From the NCBI GenBank assembly GCA_043801585.1, contig JAZDLX010000107.1, positions 1 through 34,798 on the forward strand: 34,798 nucleotides of DNA, given 5' to 3'. A program made the position numbers and the translations under genes. A model generated the notes under the pieces. It was not told the origin of the DNA. It saw only the letters and a program-made list of their open reading frames with translations, and did not search any database. Positions 20,121-30,398 of this stretch are shown here, one piece after another. This DNA is from a bacterium (GTDB lineage Bacteria; Electryoneota; Electryoneia; Electryoneales; Electryoneaceae). Each line of letters starts with the position of its first letter. The first letter of the stretch is position 1.

Positions 20121-22070
20121 TCAGCGCAGTAGCACCGCCTTGCGCACGACTCTCCCCTCTCGCCCGGCATCCAGATCGAACAGAACAACCCCGGAAGCCA
20201 CATCGGACGATGCTTTGTAGATGATAGGATGGGTACCCTTCGCCAACAGACCGAGCGGTCTTGTCTCGATCAGCCTCCCCGAAACACTCCATACACGGAG
20301 GGTCACGGTGGCGGCGTTGGGAAGGTGAAGGCGTAGCGTTGTCGACGGGTTGAAGGGGTTCGGGTATGGAGATTCCACGTCGAACCGCACCGGCAGACCG
20401 GTTGCACTTGGATCTGGCGCCGAGACAGCGGGCAAGAATGCTTTTTCCACGAGTGCCTGCTCGAAGACGGCCTCAACGGAAGGAACATGCTCGTAATAAT
20501 AGTGCGCGGCCAATCGAACCTGCTCCGCGGCATCGCGGATGTTCATATCCGCCAGTAGATAATAAAGACTTTCCAGGACAACCCGATCGGCTGTGTCGGC
20601 CCCCAGCACCGCACGCGCTCGCCACATCGCATCCGCCCAGATGGTACCGTTGGAATAGATATCCTCGTTCGACGGCCAACCTGATGATGTGTAGACTTCC
20701 GGTGTCTGCAATGGACGGCCATACCAACTGATCCCAGAATTGTTTCCATCCCAGTTGAACACCCTGTCGGAACCGTAGCTCTCGATCAACAGGCTATAGG
20801 ATCCCGCCAGATAATCGCTGACCCCCTCCGCCAGACAGGCCATGTCAAACCCCATCCCGACATTCATTGGGTGGTCGCTGATATGAAACATGGCATCGTG
20901 CATCAGTGCGTGGCCATACTCGTGGATCAGAACATCCGCGTCTTCCGCATCGTCAATACCGCCTTCGCCGAACAGAAGTGTGTTAATGCTCGGATAATAC
21001 GCCGAATTGTCATAGTTAAAACTGTCGGGATTGTCATAAAAAGCGTGCGCATCCACTTGAATAGGAACATGCTGCAGACTATCAAACCCAAGCGATTGGA
21101 CCCGCCGTTGGTATTGATCGATGTAATAGTACGCCATCACATCCTCGAATCCCGACTGGCTTCGTGTAAAATTGAAACTGCTGCCAACGGGTACGGTCGC
21201 CGGTGGAGCAACGACACCTATCAGGTCACGAATCAAGACATAGGGCCCCTGCAGAATCAGCATCTCGTTGCTCACCGTCAGGCTGTCAATCGAGAATTCA
21301 ACACGCTGGTCAGTGAGTTGCTGGGTGTCTGCGTCGCCATTATCCACATAGCCATCACCATAAGGCTTGTGTGCGCTGGTCAGAGGGTCAGGATGGAACA
21401 CCCAGACGGTTGCTGAACCGGTGGATTCCAGCAGGTGTGCGGACAGGTCGGCGATCTTCACCACCTCCCCACTGACGGCATCCACCAGAACGCGCCCATC
21501 TCCCGCGGGCACCTCGCTGGGAAGTGACACAACCCAGACCGTTCGCCATCCGTCAGGAGTCGAATACACCGCGAGCCACGGCTGGGGAGCACCGGGGATC
21601 AGGATTTGCGCTCCCCACGCCCGTTTTGCGATTGTCAACGCCTCGCCGGAGGCAAGGGTGGGAGCATGCTGCGGTGACGCTCCAGCCTTCGCCACCCGTC
21701 CAATGACCGACCGGACGTCGCCTCCGGGACTTAGAATCACGCGGAGATATTCGCCATACACTGGAAGCCCCTCTATTTCGCGGCTCAAGTCTACGATCAC
21801 AGAGGCGGCAGAACGACGCGTTTCGGCTTTGCTCCATGCTGTTGGGTCAACCTCGGGAGCAATCTCTTCCTGATGCTGGTTAACGAATTTTCGGGCGGCC
21901 GTTACCGGGTCCCGTTCCACATTGGTCGATTCTCCCCTCCAGACCACCGTCCTGTACCCGGAATCCTGTGGCTCCATGTTTTTCTTTTGGATAGGAGCGG
22001 CAGCAACAACCCATCCCGGAATCACAAGGAATGCGATGAGCAAAAGTATCGTTCGCTGAAGTCGCGACAT
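20121..22070 (-). CDS. Secreted zinc metallopeptidase (M36/M4 clan) with propeptide and C-terminal T9SS type-A/FlgD-like sorting domain
   Basis: Signal peptide from ATG at 22070; FTP/PepSY-like propeptide (GLPVYG, VLVDAVSGEVV); DADVLIHEYGH and third ligand EGVSDY; C-terminal YPNPFNPST...SGRLI...ASGV...RKAVLLR. Confidence 0.87.
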   Translation of the reverse strand: MSRLQRTILLLIAFLVIPGWVVAAAPIQKKNMEPQDSGYRTVVWRGESTNVERDPVTAARKFVNQHQEEIAPEVDPTAWSKAETRRSAASVIVDLSREIEGLPVYGEYLRVILSPGGDVRSVIGRVAKAGASPQHAPTLASGEALTIAKRAWGAQILIPGAPQPWLAVYSTPDGWRTVWVVSLPSEVPAGDGRVLVDAVSGEVVKIADLSAHLLESTGSATVWVFHPDPLTSAHKPYGDGYVDNGDADTQQLTDQRVEFSIDSLTVSNEMLILQGPYVLIRDLIGVVAPPATVPVGSSFNFTRSQSGFEDVMAYYYIDQYQRRVQSLGFDSLQHVPIQVDAHAFYDNPDSFNYDNSAYYPSINTLLFGEGGIDDAEDADVLIHEYGHALMHDAMFHISDHPMNVGMGFDMACLAEGVSDYLAGSYSLLIESYGSDRVFNWDGNNSGISWYGRPLQTPEVYTSSGWPSNEDIYSNGTIWADAMWRARAVLGADTADRVVLESLYYLLADMNIRDAAEQVRLAAHYYYEHVPSVEAVFEQALVEKAFLPAVSAPDPSATGLPVRFDVESPYPNPFNPSTTLRLHLPNAATVTLRVWSVSGRLIETRPLGLLAKGTHPIIYKASSDVASGVVLFDLDAGREGRVVRKAVLLR

Positions 22071-22259
22071 AATCTGCTGCCACTCCGAATAATCGCCCGA
22101 TAACGTTTCCAGTCCTCCCCACAAGGCGGTTGCATTGCGCGGTTTCTTAATTTCGCTACACAAACCGGGTATCCATTGTGCTTCGGGACACAGCACGGCC
22201 CTTCGAGAGCCCCGAGACACCCTCCGGATACATTAAAATTGGGTCAATACTAAAAGAGA

Positions 22260-22360
22260 TAGTCATCCTGACGTCCCGATCGGTCGGGACGAGAAGGATC
22301 TATGTTTTTGGTGCAAGTCATTAATAAAACAAAGATTCTTCACTTCGTTCAGAATGACTA
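22260..22360. repeat. Stem-loop repeat element TAGTCATCCTGA...GAAGGATCT / AGATTCTTC...TCAGAATGACTA with a nested hairpin
   Basis: Imperfect terminal inverted repeats (22260-22301 versus 22333-22360); internal perfect stem cgtcccga-tcgg-tcgggacg (22272-22291); AT-rich loop and flanks. Confidence 0.75.
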
Positions 22361-22533
22361 CGGGGATTATCTCTCCTGATCGTTTTTTAACAAGTTTGAA
22401 TGCTGTTTTTGTTGATTCCAAAGGATCACTTAATCTTGTGAAAAACGCTATTCTAGTATTAACCCTTAAAATTACTCAAGTCACTACTTATATCTACTGA
22501 AAATACAAAATATTACAAGAATCTTGATTCAGG

Positions 22534-23436
22534 TCATCCGTCTAATTCCTTATAGTACATCTGCATCAGCCGTCTTGCCGTGGCGGGAGAATAACCGGTG
22601 AAGTGGTTGTTCACATAGACCACAATTTTCTCGGCCGATCTCGAGACCGACGCCAGCAACCTCGCCCAACGCAGCAGACTCTCCTCTTTGTCAAGGACCT
22701 CCCGGTTCCATCGGCTTGTGATCTTTTCGATCTCGGCTCTGTCACCGACGAGACGCACATACCCCAATCCGTTCGTCAACGCTCCGAGCTGCTCCGCAAT
22801 CTCCGCACCGTGCGGCATCCATGCGTGATCCACCAACGCGAGGACACAACCATGAGCACGCACCACCTCTACGAACGTCTCGTTCAACCAGGTGCGGTTA
22901 CGGATCTCCACGGCGTACCTGTACCCCTCTGGAAGACGATTGAGAAACCTGTCCAGTCTTTCCAGAAAGGGGCCGGACTGTTTGAAAGCGATCTTGTTGA
23001 AGTACGGAAACTGGATCAGCAGCATGCCGAGCTTCTCGCCGAGACGGGAGATGGCAGCAAGGTAAGTTTCGGTGACCTCGAGTGCGCGCTGTGAATCCAG
23101 AATGTTCGTGGTGTCGGGCTGCGAACCCTCGCCCCCATGAACAACAGCTCTCGGAAATTTGGCGGAAAAAAGAAAGTGGGCGGGTGTCCTTTCGCGCCAA
23201 CCGTCCACAGTCTTCGCTGTGGGAACGGCGTAGTAGGTGGCGTCGATTTCTACTGTGTGAAATTGCGTGGCATAGTAGGAAAGAAAATCCGCTGGGGAAG
23301 TGCCCGATGGATAAAAGGGTCCCACCCAGTCCAGCTCGGAGAAGGAGCTGGTTCCGAAAAACACTGGGTCATCAGCAGGTTGCGAGAGACTCGCTTCACC
23401 TTCGTTGCGCATCCCCTGGAATAAATCTCCTGGCAT
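22534..23436 (-). CDS. DUF72 (YecE-like) protein
   Basis: FGTSSFS..W.G.FYP, LSYYA..F.TVEIDATYY, F.FSAKFP, LLIQFP, YAVEIRN, YVRLVG, VYVNNH. Start may be slightly downstream. Confidence 0.92.
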   Translation of the reverse strand: MPGDLFQGMRNEGEASLSQPADDPVFFGTSSFSELDWVGPFYPSGTSPADFLSYYATQFHTVEIDATYYAVPTAKTVDGWRERTPAHFLFSAKFPRAVVHGGEGSQPDTTNILDSQRALEVTETYLAAISRLGEKLGMLLIQFPYFNKIAFKQSGPFLERLDRFLNRLPEGYRYAVEIRNRTWLNETFVEVVRAHGCVLALVDHAWMPHGAEIAEQLGALTNGLGYVRLVGDRAEIEKITSRWNREVLDKEESLLRWARLLASVSRSAEKIVVYVNNHFTGYSPATARRLMQMYYKELDG

Positions 23437-23449
23437 TCAACCGATCCTT

Positions 23450-24100
23450 TCAATCCGATGAATTCACGGGTTCGGAAGGCATGCCTATGCCCAGGATCCT
23501 GAGGTCCAGCGACGCAGGATTTCCGCCAGCATGTTCGGGGTTGATCCTTGCGAGCCGGATATGGTCACGCCATCCTCCGTCAAGCTTCAGATACGCCCTC
23601 GAGAACCCCTCAACCACGAATCCCATCCGTCGCAGGAGACGGAAACTTCGCTCGTTTTCCGGGCGAACATTGGCCTCAATCCGATGCAGTTTAACATCGG
23701 AAAACATGAATTGTAGCGCCGCTTCCAGCGATTCACGCATCAGCCCCTTACCCTCCTGTACACGGTCCAGTTTGTACCCCAGGACAGCCCCCGAAAGCGG
23801 ACCTCGAAACACTTGGCTGAAGGTGACATCCCCGAGCACCAGCCCACACGGGTCGTCAGCCGGAAGCATGAAAAACCCGTATTCGACCCCCACCCTGAAT
23901 GATTCGAGCCGGGTTCTCAGACGCTTTTTCCAGAACGAGAGAGTATCATAATCGAACGGAGGAGTCGGCATCGCCGGACGGTGGTATTCGCGGTTTCGCA
24001 CAGCATATTCCAGCGTCCGCCGAGCCATCGCAACACCAGGAACGATCAATGCCACTCGCCCCGTTCGCGCAATCAGTTCTCCGGGCCATCCCCTTTTCAT
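23450..24100 (-). CDS. GNAT N-acetyltransferase, RimJ/RimL family
   Basis: RNREY, LGYKLD..QEGKGLMRESL, LHRIEANVRPENERS..LL.R.GF..EG...YLKLDGGWRDH. ATG at 24100 has GAGG upstream. Confidence 0.9.
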   Translation of the reverse strand: MKRGWPGELIARTGRVALIVPGVAMARRTLEYAVRNREYHRPAMPTPPFDYDTLSFWKKRLRTRLESFRVGVEYGFFMLPADDPCGLVLGDVTFSQVFRGPLSGAVLGYKLDRVQEGKGLMRESLEAALQFMFSDVKLHRIEANVRPENERSFRLLRRMGFVVEGFSRAYLKLDGGWRDHIRLARINPEHAGGNPASLDLRILGIGMPSEPVNSSD

Positions 24101-24199
24101 CCGCCACCTCGCCTCGTCTTTGCCGTTTGCGAGAAAAACGGTCTGACCTCGTCCTAAGGCCAGACCGGAAGGGCATTCCTCCACAATAAACAGAGCCAA

Positions 24200-25324
24200 T
24201 TATTTCTTCAGGTTTTCCGGATTCAACCCTTTGAATGAAGGATGTACGAAAACCCCGTTTTTACGAATCAACTTTCCATCAATCCAGATCTCGCCTCCAC
24301 CGGCCTGTTTCGTCTGGATGTTCACCAGGTCCCAATGAACAGCAGACCGGTTACTGTTGTCGGTGTCGTCGTAAGCGTTGCCCGGCGTGAAATGGAACGA
24401 CCCCATGATCTTTTCGTCGAAAAGGATTTCATCCATCGGGAAGGTGATGTAGGGATTGCACCCGAGAGCAAATTCGCCGACGTAACGCGCCCCCGCGTCG
24501 GTGTCCAGCAGCTTGTTGATCCGCCGGGTGTCGTTCGCAGTAGCCTTGACAATTTTCCCGTTCTTGAACTCGAATCGGACATCCTTGAACGTGAAACCGT
24601 TGTAAGTGGAAGGCGAATTGTAGGTGATGACGCCGTTGACACTTGTTTTTACGGGGCAGGAATAGACCTCTCCGTCGGGAATGTTACGGTGGCCGTCACA
24701 CTTCACCGCACCGATGCCCTTGATGCTGAACGTCAGATCTGTGCCAGGCCCCTTAATGTGCACCTTGTCCGCTTTCGTCATGAATTTCTGGGCGGGCCCC
24801 ATTGCTTTCGACATCTTCCTGTAGTCCACACCGGCGGTCACATTGTAGTAGTACTTTTCAAACGCCTCGGTGGACATTCCGGCCATCATCGCCATCGACT
24901 CTGTGGGGTAGCGCAACACAACCCAGTTTGTTTTCGTAACACGCACCTCGGCGTGAACCTTCTTGAAAATCTCCGTGGCAAAAAGCTGGTTCTTTTCATC
25001 CGCAAGATCCGCCAGCTCTTTTGTGTTCGCCAGGCCGCGCACGCCTATGAACGCGTCCATCTTGCGCATCCGGTGCAACTCGGTGCTCTGCATCGCCGCC
25101 AGGCTTTTCTTTGTCGCTTTCGAAAGCAGGGTGCGCAGCAGCTTGTTGTATTTGATCTCAAGGGTCGGGTAGCCACCCGCTTTGTAAACCGCAGTGACCA
25201 GTGACTGCAGAAATTCCACGGGAGTGTCATAGGCTTCAATCAAAACGTTTTGACCCTTTTTCACTTCACAGGAGTAGTTAACCAGCACTTTGGCCAATTC
25301 AGCGTGTCTGGGATCGATCATCAA
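24200..25324 (-). CDS. Aminopeptidase, M29 (AmpS/AmpT) family
   Basis: LAKVLVNYS, NIPDGEVY, GARYVGEFALG, ILFDEKI.GSFHFTPGNAY, NRSAVHWD; GAGGAGG RBS. Confidence 0.93.
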   Translation of the reverse strand: MMIDPRHAELAKVLVNYSCEVKKGQNVLIEAYDTPVEFLQSLVTAVYKAGGYPTLEIKYNKLLRTLLSKATKKSLAAMQSTELHRMRKMDAFIGVRGLANTKELADLADEKNQLFATEIFKKVHAEVRVTKTNWVVLRYPTESMAMMAGMSTEAFEKYYYNVTAGVDYRKMSKAMGPAQKFMTKADKVHIKGPGTDLTFSIKGIGAVKCDGHRNIPDGEVYSCPVKTSVNGVITYNSPSTYNGFTFKDVRFEFKNGKIVKATANDTRRINKLLDTDAGARYVGEFALGCNPYITFPMDEILFDEKIMGSFHFTPGNAYDDTDNSNRSAVHWDLVNIQTKQAGGGEIWIDGKLIRKNGVFVHPSFKGLNPENLKK

Positions 25325-25426
25325 TCCTCCTCGTTTTCACTGTCCTCCCGGAATCGGACAGACGTGACATTTTTACTGCAACTATTGATGTTTTCCGGCC
25401 ACTCGCCTCTTTCACGGAGCACCCGT

Positions 25427-27142
25427 CTACATCTTTTTCGCCTTTTTATCCGTCTGTTTTACGAGCGCGGCATCTACTTTCTCAACAACCTTCTTCAGTC
25501 TTTTATCCGTCTCCGCGGTCATCTTTGCGACCCCGTTCAGCATCTTCGAGACAAAGGTTTGATCCTGGATGCCGGGGAGGTTGATACGAACGTTCAGCGC
25601 AGCGCCGTGGACGGCAGCGTGAGCACAATACGCGGCGACGCCCGTATCCGAGATGCTGTTTGGATTTCCCTTTTCGACCATCACGTCGATCAAGTCAAAC
25701 GTCGCCAACGACGCTTCACACACGCTGTAGGGAACGAGGGTCGCGCTTTTGTTTGCCTCGTCCAAAGCGGCGGAACGCTCTGCAATCTGCTCGTCCGTTT
25801 TCTTCGGAAGACGCATGGCGGCCATCACGCCGTTGAAGGCCTCGGTGTCGTCGTCGATCGCCTTCAACAGGCGGTCTTTCAGTTCCTGACCTTTCACCGC
25901 CGCCTGTTCAACATCGTCCCAAGCCTTTTCGTACTCAAGCTTGCCGTGTGTCAAGTTGCCTACCATCGTTGCGAGGGAAGCAGCAAGCGATCCGGCCAGC
26001 GCCGCGACAGATCCTCCGCCGGGCGCCGGGGACTCGCTCGCCAGCTCTTCGGCAAATCCTGTCAGCGTCAGATCTACCAGTTTTCCGCCCGCAGCATCTA
26101 CGGAGGCAATCGCGTATTCGACAATTTTCCGGTCAGGATCAAACTCGGACATGTCGTTCAGGCCCATCGAATCCACCGCCACCCGGACCAGCTCGCGTTC
26201 ATGAACGGCAGTAGAGCGACCCTGCTTCTTCAGGAAAAAGCGTCCCCCTTCCAGCATCGGCTTCAGTGGTATCAGGCCTACAATTTCGCTGCCGGTGACA
26301 CGCACGCCCATTTCACGGGCCAATTCGTCAACCTTGTCGAACACCTGGTGCGGGGCGGTAACGTCCGGATCGGTCAGGTTCATCGTCACCTGAGCCTTTT
26401 TCCATTCCTCCAAGTACCATCCGGCGGCTCTGCAGTTGGTGAAGAGACCGGAAACATTTTCGACTGGTTTGCCATCATCACCACGAATGACCCGGCGTTT
26501 TTCGTCACGCAGGACGTAACCTTTTTCCCGGATACGAAGCGCAATATCCTTCGCGTGGCGAACGAAGCGGCTGTTCAGATTGATGTTGTAGGCCACGAGA
26601 AACTTACGGGCACCAATATGGACGGCACCGAATCGGGGCCGGAATTCCTGCGGTCCAAAATCCGGTTTCCAGTCGGGGTCCTTCATTTTTTCCGGAAGCG
26701 CCTCATATTCCCCCTTGCGCACAACGGCGAGGTTTCGCCACTCCTCCTTCGATGCGGCGTATTCATAGAGGTAAACGGGAACGTCCAGCTCCCTGCCAAC
26801 CCGTTCGCCAAGCCTCTTTGCCAGCTCCACGCACTCATCCATTGTCATATTGGCAACCGGGACGAAGGGACAGACATCCGTTGCGCCGGCCCGGGGATGT
26901 TCGCCCGTATGCTTACTCATGTCGATCAAGTTGTGTGAAGCCTCAATCAGCCGAAACGCGCCCTCGAGCACGCTGTCGGGGTCGCCCGCGAGGGTAATGA
27001 CTGTGCGATTAGTATCCGCACCCGGATCCACATCAAGGAGAGTGCATCCATCCACCGCCGCCGCAGCGTTTGCACAGGCGTCAATGATCGCACGATCACG
27101 GCCTTCGGAAATGTTCGGAACGCATTCAACTATCTTCTTCAT
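25427..27142 (-). CDS. ftcD: Bifunctional glutamate formimidoyltransferase / formimidoyltetrahydrofolate cyclodeaminase
   Basis: ECVPNISEGR, NRTVIT, H.GEHPR.GATDVCPF, GARKFLVAYN; cyclodeaminase domain SESPAPGGGSVAA, DDDTEAF, NVRINL. Confidence 0.95.
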   Translation of the reverse strand: MKKIVECVPNISEGRDRAIIDACANAAAAVDGCTLLDVDPGADTNRTVITLAGDPDSVLEGAFRLIEASHNLIDMSKHTGEHPRAGATDVCPFVPVANMTMDECVELAKRLGERVGRELDVPVYLYEYAASKEEWRNLAVVRKGEYEALPEKMKDPDWKPDFGPQEFRPRFGAVHIGARKFLVAYNINLNSRFVRHAKDIALRIREKGYVLRDEKRRVIRGDDGKPVENVSGLFTNCRAAGWYLEEWKKAQVTMNLTDPDVTAPHQVFDKVDELAREMGVRVTGSEIVGLIPLKPMLEGGRFFLKKQGRSTAVHERELVRVAVDSMGLNDMSEFDPDRKIVEYAIASVDAAGGKLVDLTLTGFAEELASESPAPGGGSVAALAGSLAASLATMVGNLTHGKLEYEKAWDDVEQAAVKGQELKDRLLKAIDDDTEAFNGVMAAMRLPKKTDEQIAERSAALDEANKSATLVPYSVCEASLATFDLIDVMVEKGNPNSISDTGVAAYCAHAAVHGAALNVRINLPGIQDQTFVSKMLNGVAKMTAETDKRLKKVVEKVDAALVKQTDKKAKKM

Positions 27143-27329
27143 GCTTCACAACCCCCGTTGTTTCCAGCTCAGAATCATGGCAATCAAAGGTCGAAGTCAC
27201 CGTCATTCCCCTGTGTTTCAGGTTCGCTAAGATAAGGGAGACCCTGTTTGGGGGCAAGGAAAGCGTGAGATCACTCGTTTGCAGGGTAGCGTTTTCCGTG
27301 GGTAAAAGAATTTGATCAAACACCGCCGT

Positions 27330-30300
27330 TTAGTCATCAGCAAGCTTCTTTCGAGTGGCCTCGGCATAGTCGAGCAGCTTCCTGATCGCCCTCTGGCGTA
27401 CCTCAACGTCTTCATCATCGCTGTATTCGATGAGGCGTCCCATCTTGGTAATTGTTGTATATCCGAACGTTCCGCCGCTCCCAGCAATTCGGTGTCCCCA
27501 TTTTTTTACCTCGTCGGGTGGGTGATCCCCCGTAATAAAAGTTTTCGCTTCTTCAATCATGTAACCAAGGTATTTCCTTTTCAGCGAGTTGGAAATCAGA
27601 ATATCTTCCAAATTCCCTTCCGCCGTTGTTATCAAATCAGATAATGCCGGACGTTTCGATTTTCCAACCACCGCGCTTTGCGCAATCGTTTCAATTTTCG
27701 TGACAAAGTGCGCTGGATCGAATGGTTTTGCGATGTAGGCATCCGCGCCGGCCTCCAGCGACTTAAGACGATCACCCCGCATCGCGAAAGCGGTCAGTGT
27801 AATGATTGGAACGCGGTCTCCGCCCGGCAGGCGACGGATATGACGTATCGCTTCATGTCCATCCATCACTGGCATTTGAACGTCCAGAACCACAACATCA
27901 AAAAGCCCCTTTTCAAACGCGTCAACAGCCTGCTGTCCATTTTCGACCATCACTACCCGATGCCCACGGGTCGTCAACAGATGGTCGATCAGCAGACGGT
28001 TTGATTGGTGATCATCCGCAACGAGAACATCCAGCGACTTTTCCGAAGCCACGGGGAGATCCGAAACGGCTATCAAGATTTCCTTGTCCTCCAAGGTGTC
28101 GAGAAAACGGCAGGGTATGTGCACTGTGAACGTCGTACCCGAACCGATCCGGGAATCCAGATCGATCCTTCCTCCGAGCGCCTGAACCATACGATAGGTG
28201 ATGGCAAGTCCCAGACCTGTACCCTGGGACGAATCAGCACCGGGAGGTTCCGCCTGATAGAACGGTTTAAAGATTTTTCCCCGGTCATCGTCCGAAATCC
28301 CGCATCCCGTATCGCTGACCGTGACCACGATGCCGTCTCTCTCTTCATTCGTACGCACATTCAGCGTCACTGATCCACGACTCGTGAATTTTACAGCGTT
28401 CCCAAGGAGGTTTGTAATGATCTGCCGAATTCGCTGGCGATCAAGCTCAACACGTGGCGGAAACATTTCGCAACTGTGCTGAAGTTCCAGTCCTTTTTCG
28501 CCAGCAAGCGGACCAAAGAGTGTCACAATATCCTCGACAAGCTTGACGAGATCGATCGGTTCGGGCGACAGGGTCAGCCGTCCTGCTTCGATCCGGCTAA
28601 GGTCAAGAACATCGTTGATCAGATCGAGCAGGTGCTCGCTCGAGGACACCATGTTTTCCATGAATTCACGGGTTGTCTCGTCCTGCACACGGTCCCTGAC
28701 GATCCTGGAGAAACCGAGGATCGCCGTCATCGGGGTTCGAATTTCATGGCTCATGTTTGCGAGAAATTGACTCTTCGCTTCGTTGGCCTGCTCCGCAGCG
28801 CGATGAGCATCGGCTGCGTCTTCATAAGTTTTGCAAAGTTCCTCGGAAGTCTTGAGGAGGTTTTCCTCCGCCAGCTTTCTCTCGGTAACATCCTGTACCG
28901 TTCCAAGAATGCGAACAGGGGTTCCATCCCTGTCACGATTCACCGTGCCCTGTCCGTAGGCGTAGCGGATTTTTTCACCATCCATAAGGATTCTATACTC
29001 AACGACAAACTCGTCCGCGCGACTGCTTAGAACCCGATCGATCTGCTTATTAATCCGTTCAACGTCATCCACCGGAAGGTGTGATGTGATCATTGCAATC
29101 GTGGGTTCAATCTCGCCGGGCTCGTACCCGAAAAGACGATAGGTTTCATCAGACCAGGTGAGATGATCCTCTCCGATGCGCCAGTCCCAGTGACCGATAT
29201 GGGCTATTCTTTGAGCCTCCGCGAGCATGTGTTCACTCTCCCGCAGTCTCTCCTCGGCCCGCTTTCGGTCATCTACATCCAAATGGGTTCCTGTTGCCCT
29301 TAGCGGCTTTCCCTCGCTGTCCCATTCAACGACCCGTCCCCAGCTCTGTATCCATTTCCAGGCGCCTGATTTTGTTTTCAACCGATGCTCGATCAGCGTG
29401 CTTTCCGTTTTTCCTGCGAGATGGTCGGCGATGGTCTTGTTCGCCCCGGGGAGATCATCCGGATGCATCAGTTCGTTCCAGGCATCTAAGGTCGCAGGAA
29501 TTTCTTCAGGTTTATACCCGATCATTTCAGCCCAACGGTCATTTCGTTTCGCCTCCCCTGTTTGCAGGTTGATGTCCCATGCACCCAGTTCCGCTCCGCG
29601 CAGGATCAACTCCAGACGCTCCTTGCTTTTCCTGAGTTCTTCCTGCGTCTGCAGGCTTTCGGTGATGTCGTGTCCGACCACCACGGATCCACGGAATTCG
29701 CCTTGAGCGGAATAAATCGGGGTAGCGTGAATGCGCAGAATTTTCTTCTCCTGGCTGCGCGGGCGAACATCGTAGCTGCCCCAAATCCCTTTTCTCCGTT
29801 TCTCCATCTCCTTGATCGCCAAGGAAAACGACTCGCTGTGCAGCAGCGAGGATAGTGCCTTTCCCTCCAGCCCGCCGGGTTCTACTCCCATCATTTTCTC
29901 GATGACCGGATTCGCGAGCACGACACATCCTCGATCGTCAATGATCCCGATGCCTTCTGCAAGCTGTTCGAAAATTTTTTCGTACTGGGCGTATCTGCGA
30001 TTCTTCTTTTTCCGCATGTCCGCCCGCTTGATCAGAGCCTCAAGCAGTTGCGTGATGTCTCCGGATTCCAGATCTGAACGAGTCAACAGGGCTCCGCAAC
30101 CAAACCCCGAGGCGAGCAATCTCGACGGAAAATCGTCGACGTCCGAGAGCAGAATCCAAAGCGGACAGTCGTCGGTCTCATCGATGTGCGAACACAGATC
30201 CAGTGTGCTGATTTCCGGGATGGAGGCATCGACGATAACCAGGTCGTACACATGCGACTTAAACGCTTTCAGGAATGTTCCAGCATTCCTCGCGGCAGTC

Positions 30301-30398
30301 ACGGAACAGTCTCCCGAATGCTCAAGAGCTTTCCGCAGTTGTTTCGTGTCGGTGGGGTTATTGCTTAACAGGAGAATTTGGCGAGAGTCCTGCTCCAT
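27330..30398 (-). CDS. Soluble hybrid sensor histidine kinase: REC-like, three PAS/PAC, HisKA, HATPase, REC, HPt-like
   Basis: FLANMSHEIRTPM, NLLGNAVKFT, DTGCGI, GTGLGLAI; REC ADD...LDVQMP...AKPF; HPt-like GHRIAGSGGTFG; PAS/PAC motifs HPDD, TGTHLDV, GTVQDVTERK. Start at 30398 inferred. Confidence 0.92.
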   Translation of the reverse strand: MEQDSRQILLLSNNPTDTKQLRKALEHSGDCSVTAARNAGTFLKAFKSHVYDLVIVDASIPEISTLDLCSHIDETDDCPLWILLSDVDDFPSRLLASGFGCGALLTRSDLESGDITQLLEALIKRADMRKKKNRRYAQYEKIFEQLAEGIGIIDDRGCVVLANPVIEKMMGVEPGGLEGKALSSLLHSESFSLAIKEMEKRRKGIWGSYDVRPRSQEKKILRIHATPIYSAQGEFRGSVVVGHDITESLQTQEELRKSKERLELILRGAELGAWDINLQTGEAKRNDRWAEMIGYKPEEIPATLDAWNELMHPDDLPGANKTIADHLAGKTESTLIEHRLKTKSGAWKWIQSWGRVVEWDSEGKPLRATGTHLDVDDRKRAEERLRESEHMLAEAQRIAHIGHWDWRIGEDHLTWSDETYRLFGYEPGEIEPTIAMITSHLPVDDVERINKQIDRVLSSRADEFVVEYRILMDGEKIRYAYGQGTVNRDRDGTPVRILGTVQDVTERKLAEENLLKTSEELCKTYEDAADAHRAAEQANEAKSQFLANMSHEIRTPMTAILGFSRIVRDRVQDETTREFMENMVSSSEHLLDLINDVLDLSRIEAGRLTLSPEPIDLVKLVEDIVTLFGPLAGEKGLELQHSCEMFPPRVELDRQRIRQIITNLLGNAVKFTSRGSVTLNVRTNEERDGIVVTVSDTGCGISDDDRGKIFKPFYQAEPPGADSSQGTGLGLAITYRMVQALGGRIDLDSRIGSGTTFTVHIPCRFLDTLEDKEILIAVSDLPVASEKSLDVLVADDHQSNRLLIDHLLTTRGHRVVMVENGQQAVDAFEKGLFDVVVLDVQMPVMDGHEAIRHIRRLPGGDRVPIITLTAFAMRGDRLKSLEAGADAYIAKPFDPAHFVTKIETIAQSAVVGKSKRPALSDLITTAEGNLEDILISNSLKRKYLGYMIEEAKTFITGDHPPDEVKKWGHRIAGSGGTFGYTTITKMGRLIEYSDDEDVEVRQRAIRKLLDYAEATRKKLADD

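Noticed and set aside
25250..26938. 562-aa plus-strand ORF, and similar long ORFs at 3017-4381, 5982-7358, 11369-12598, 17789-19018 and 24242-25204
   Set aside because: Each lies antisense to a well-supported gene, has no recognisable motifs, and is the expected shadow of GC-rich codon usage.
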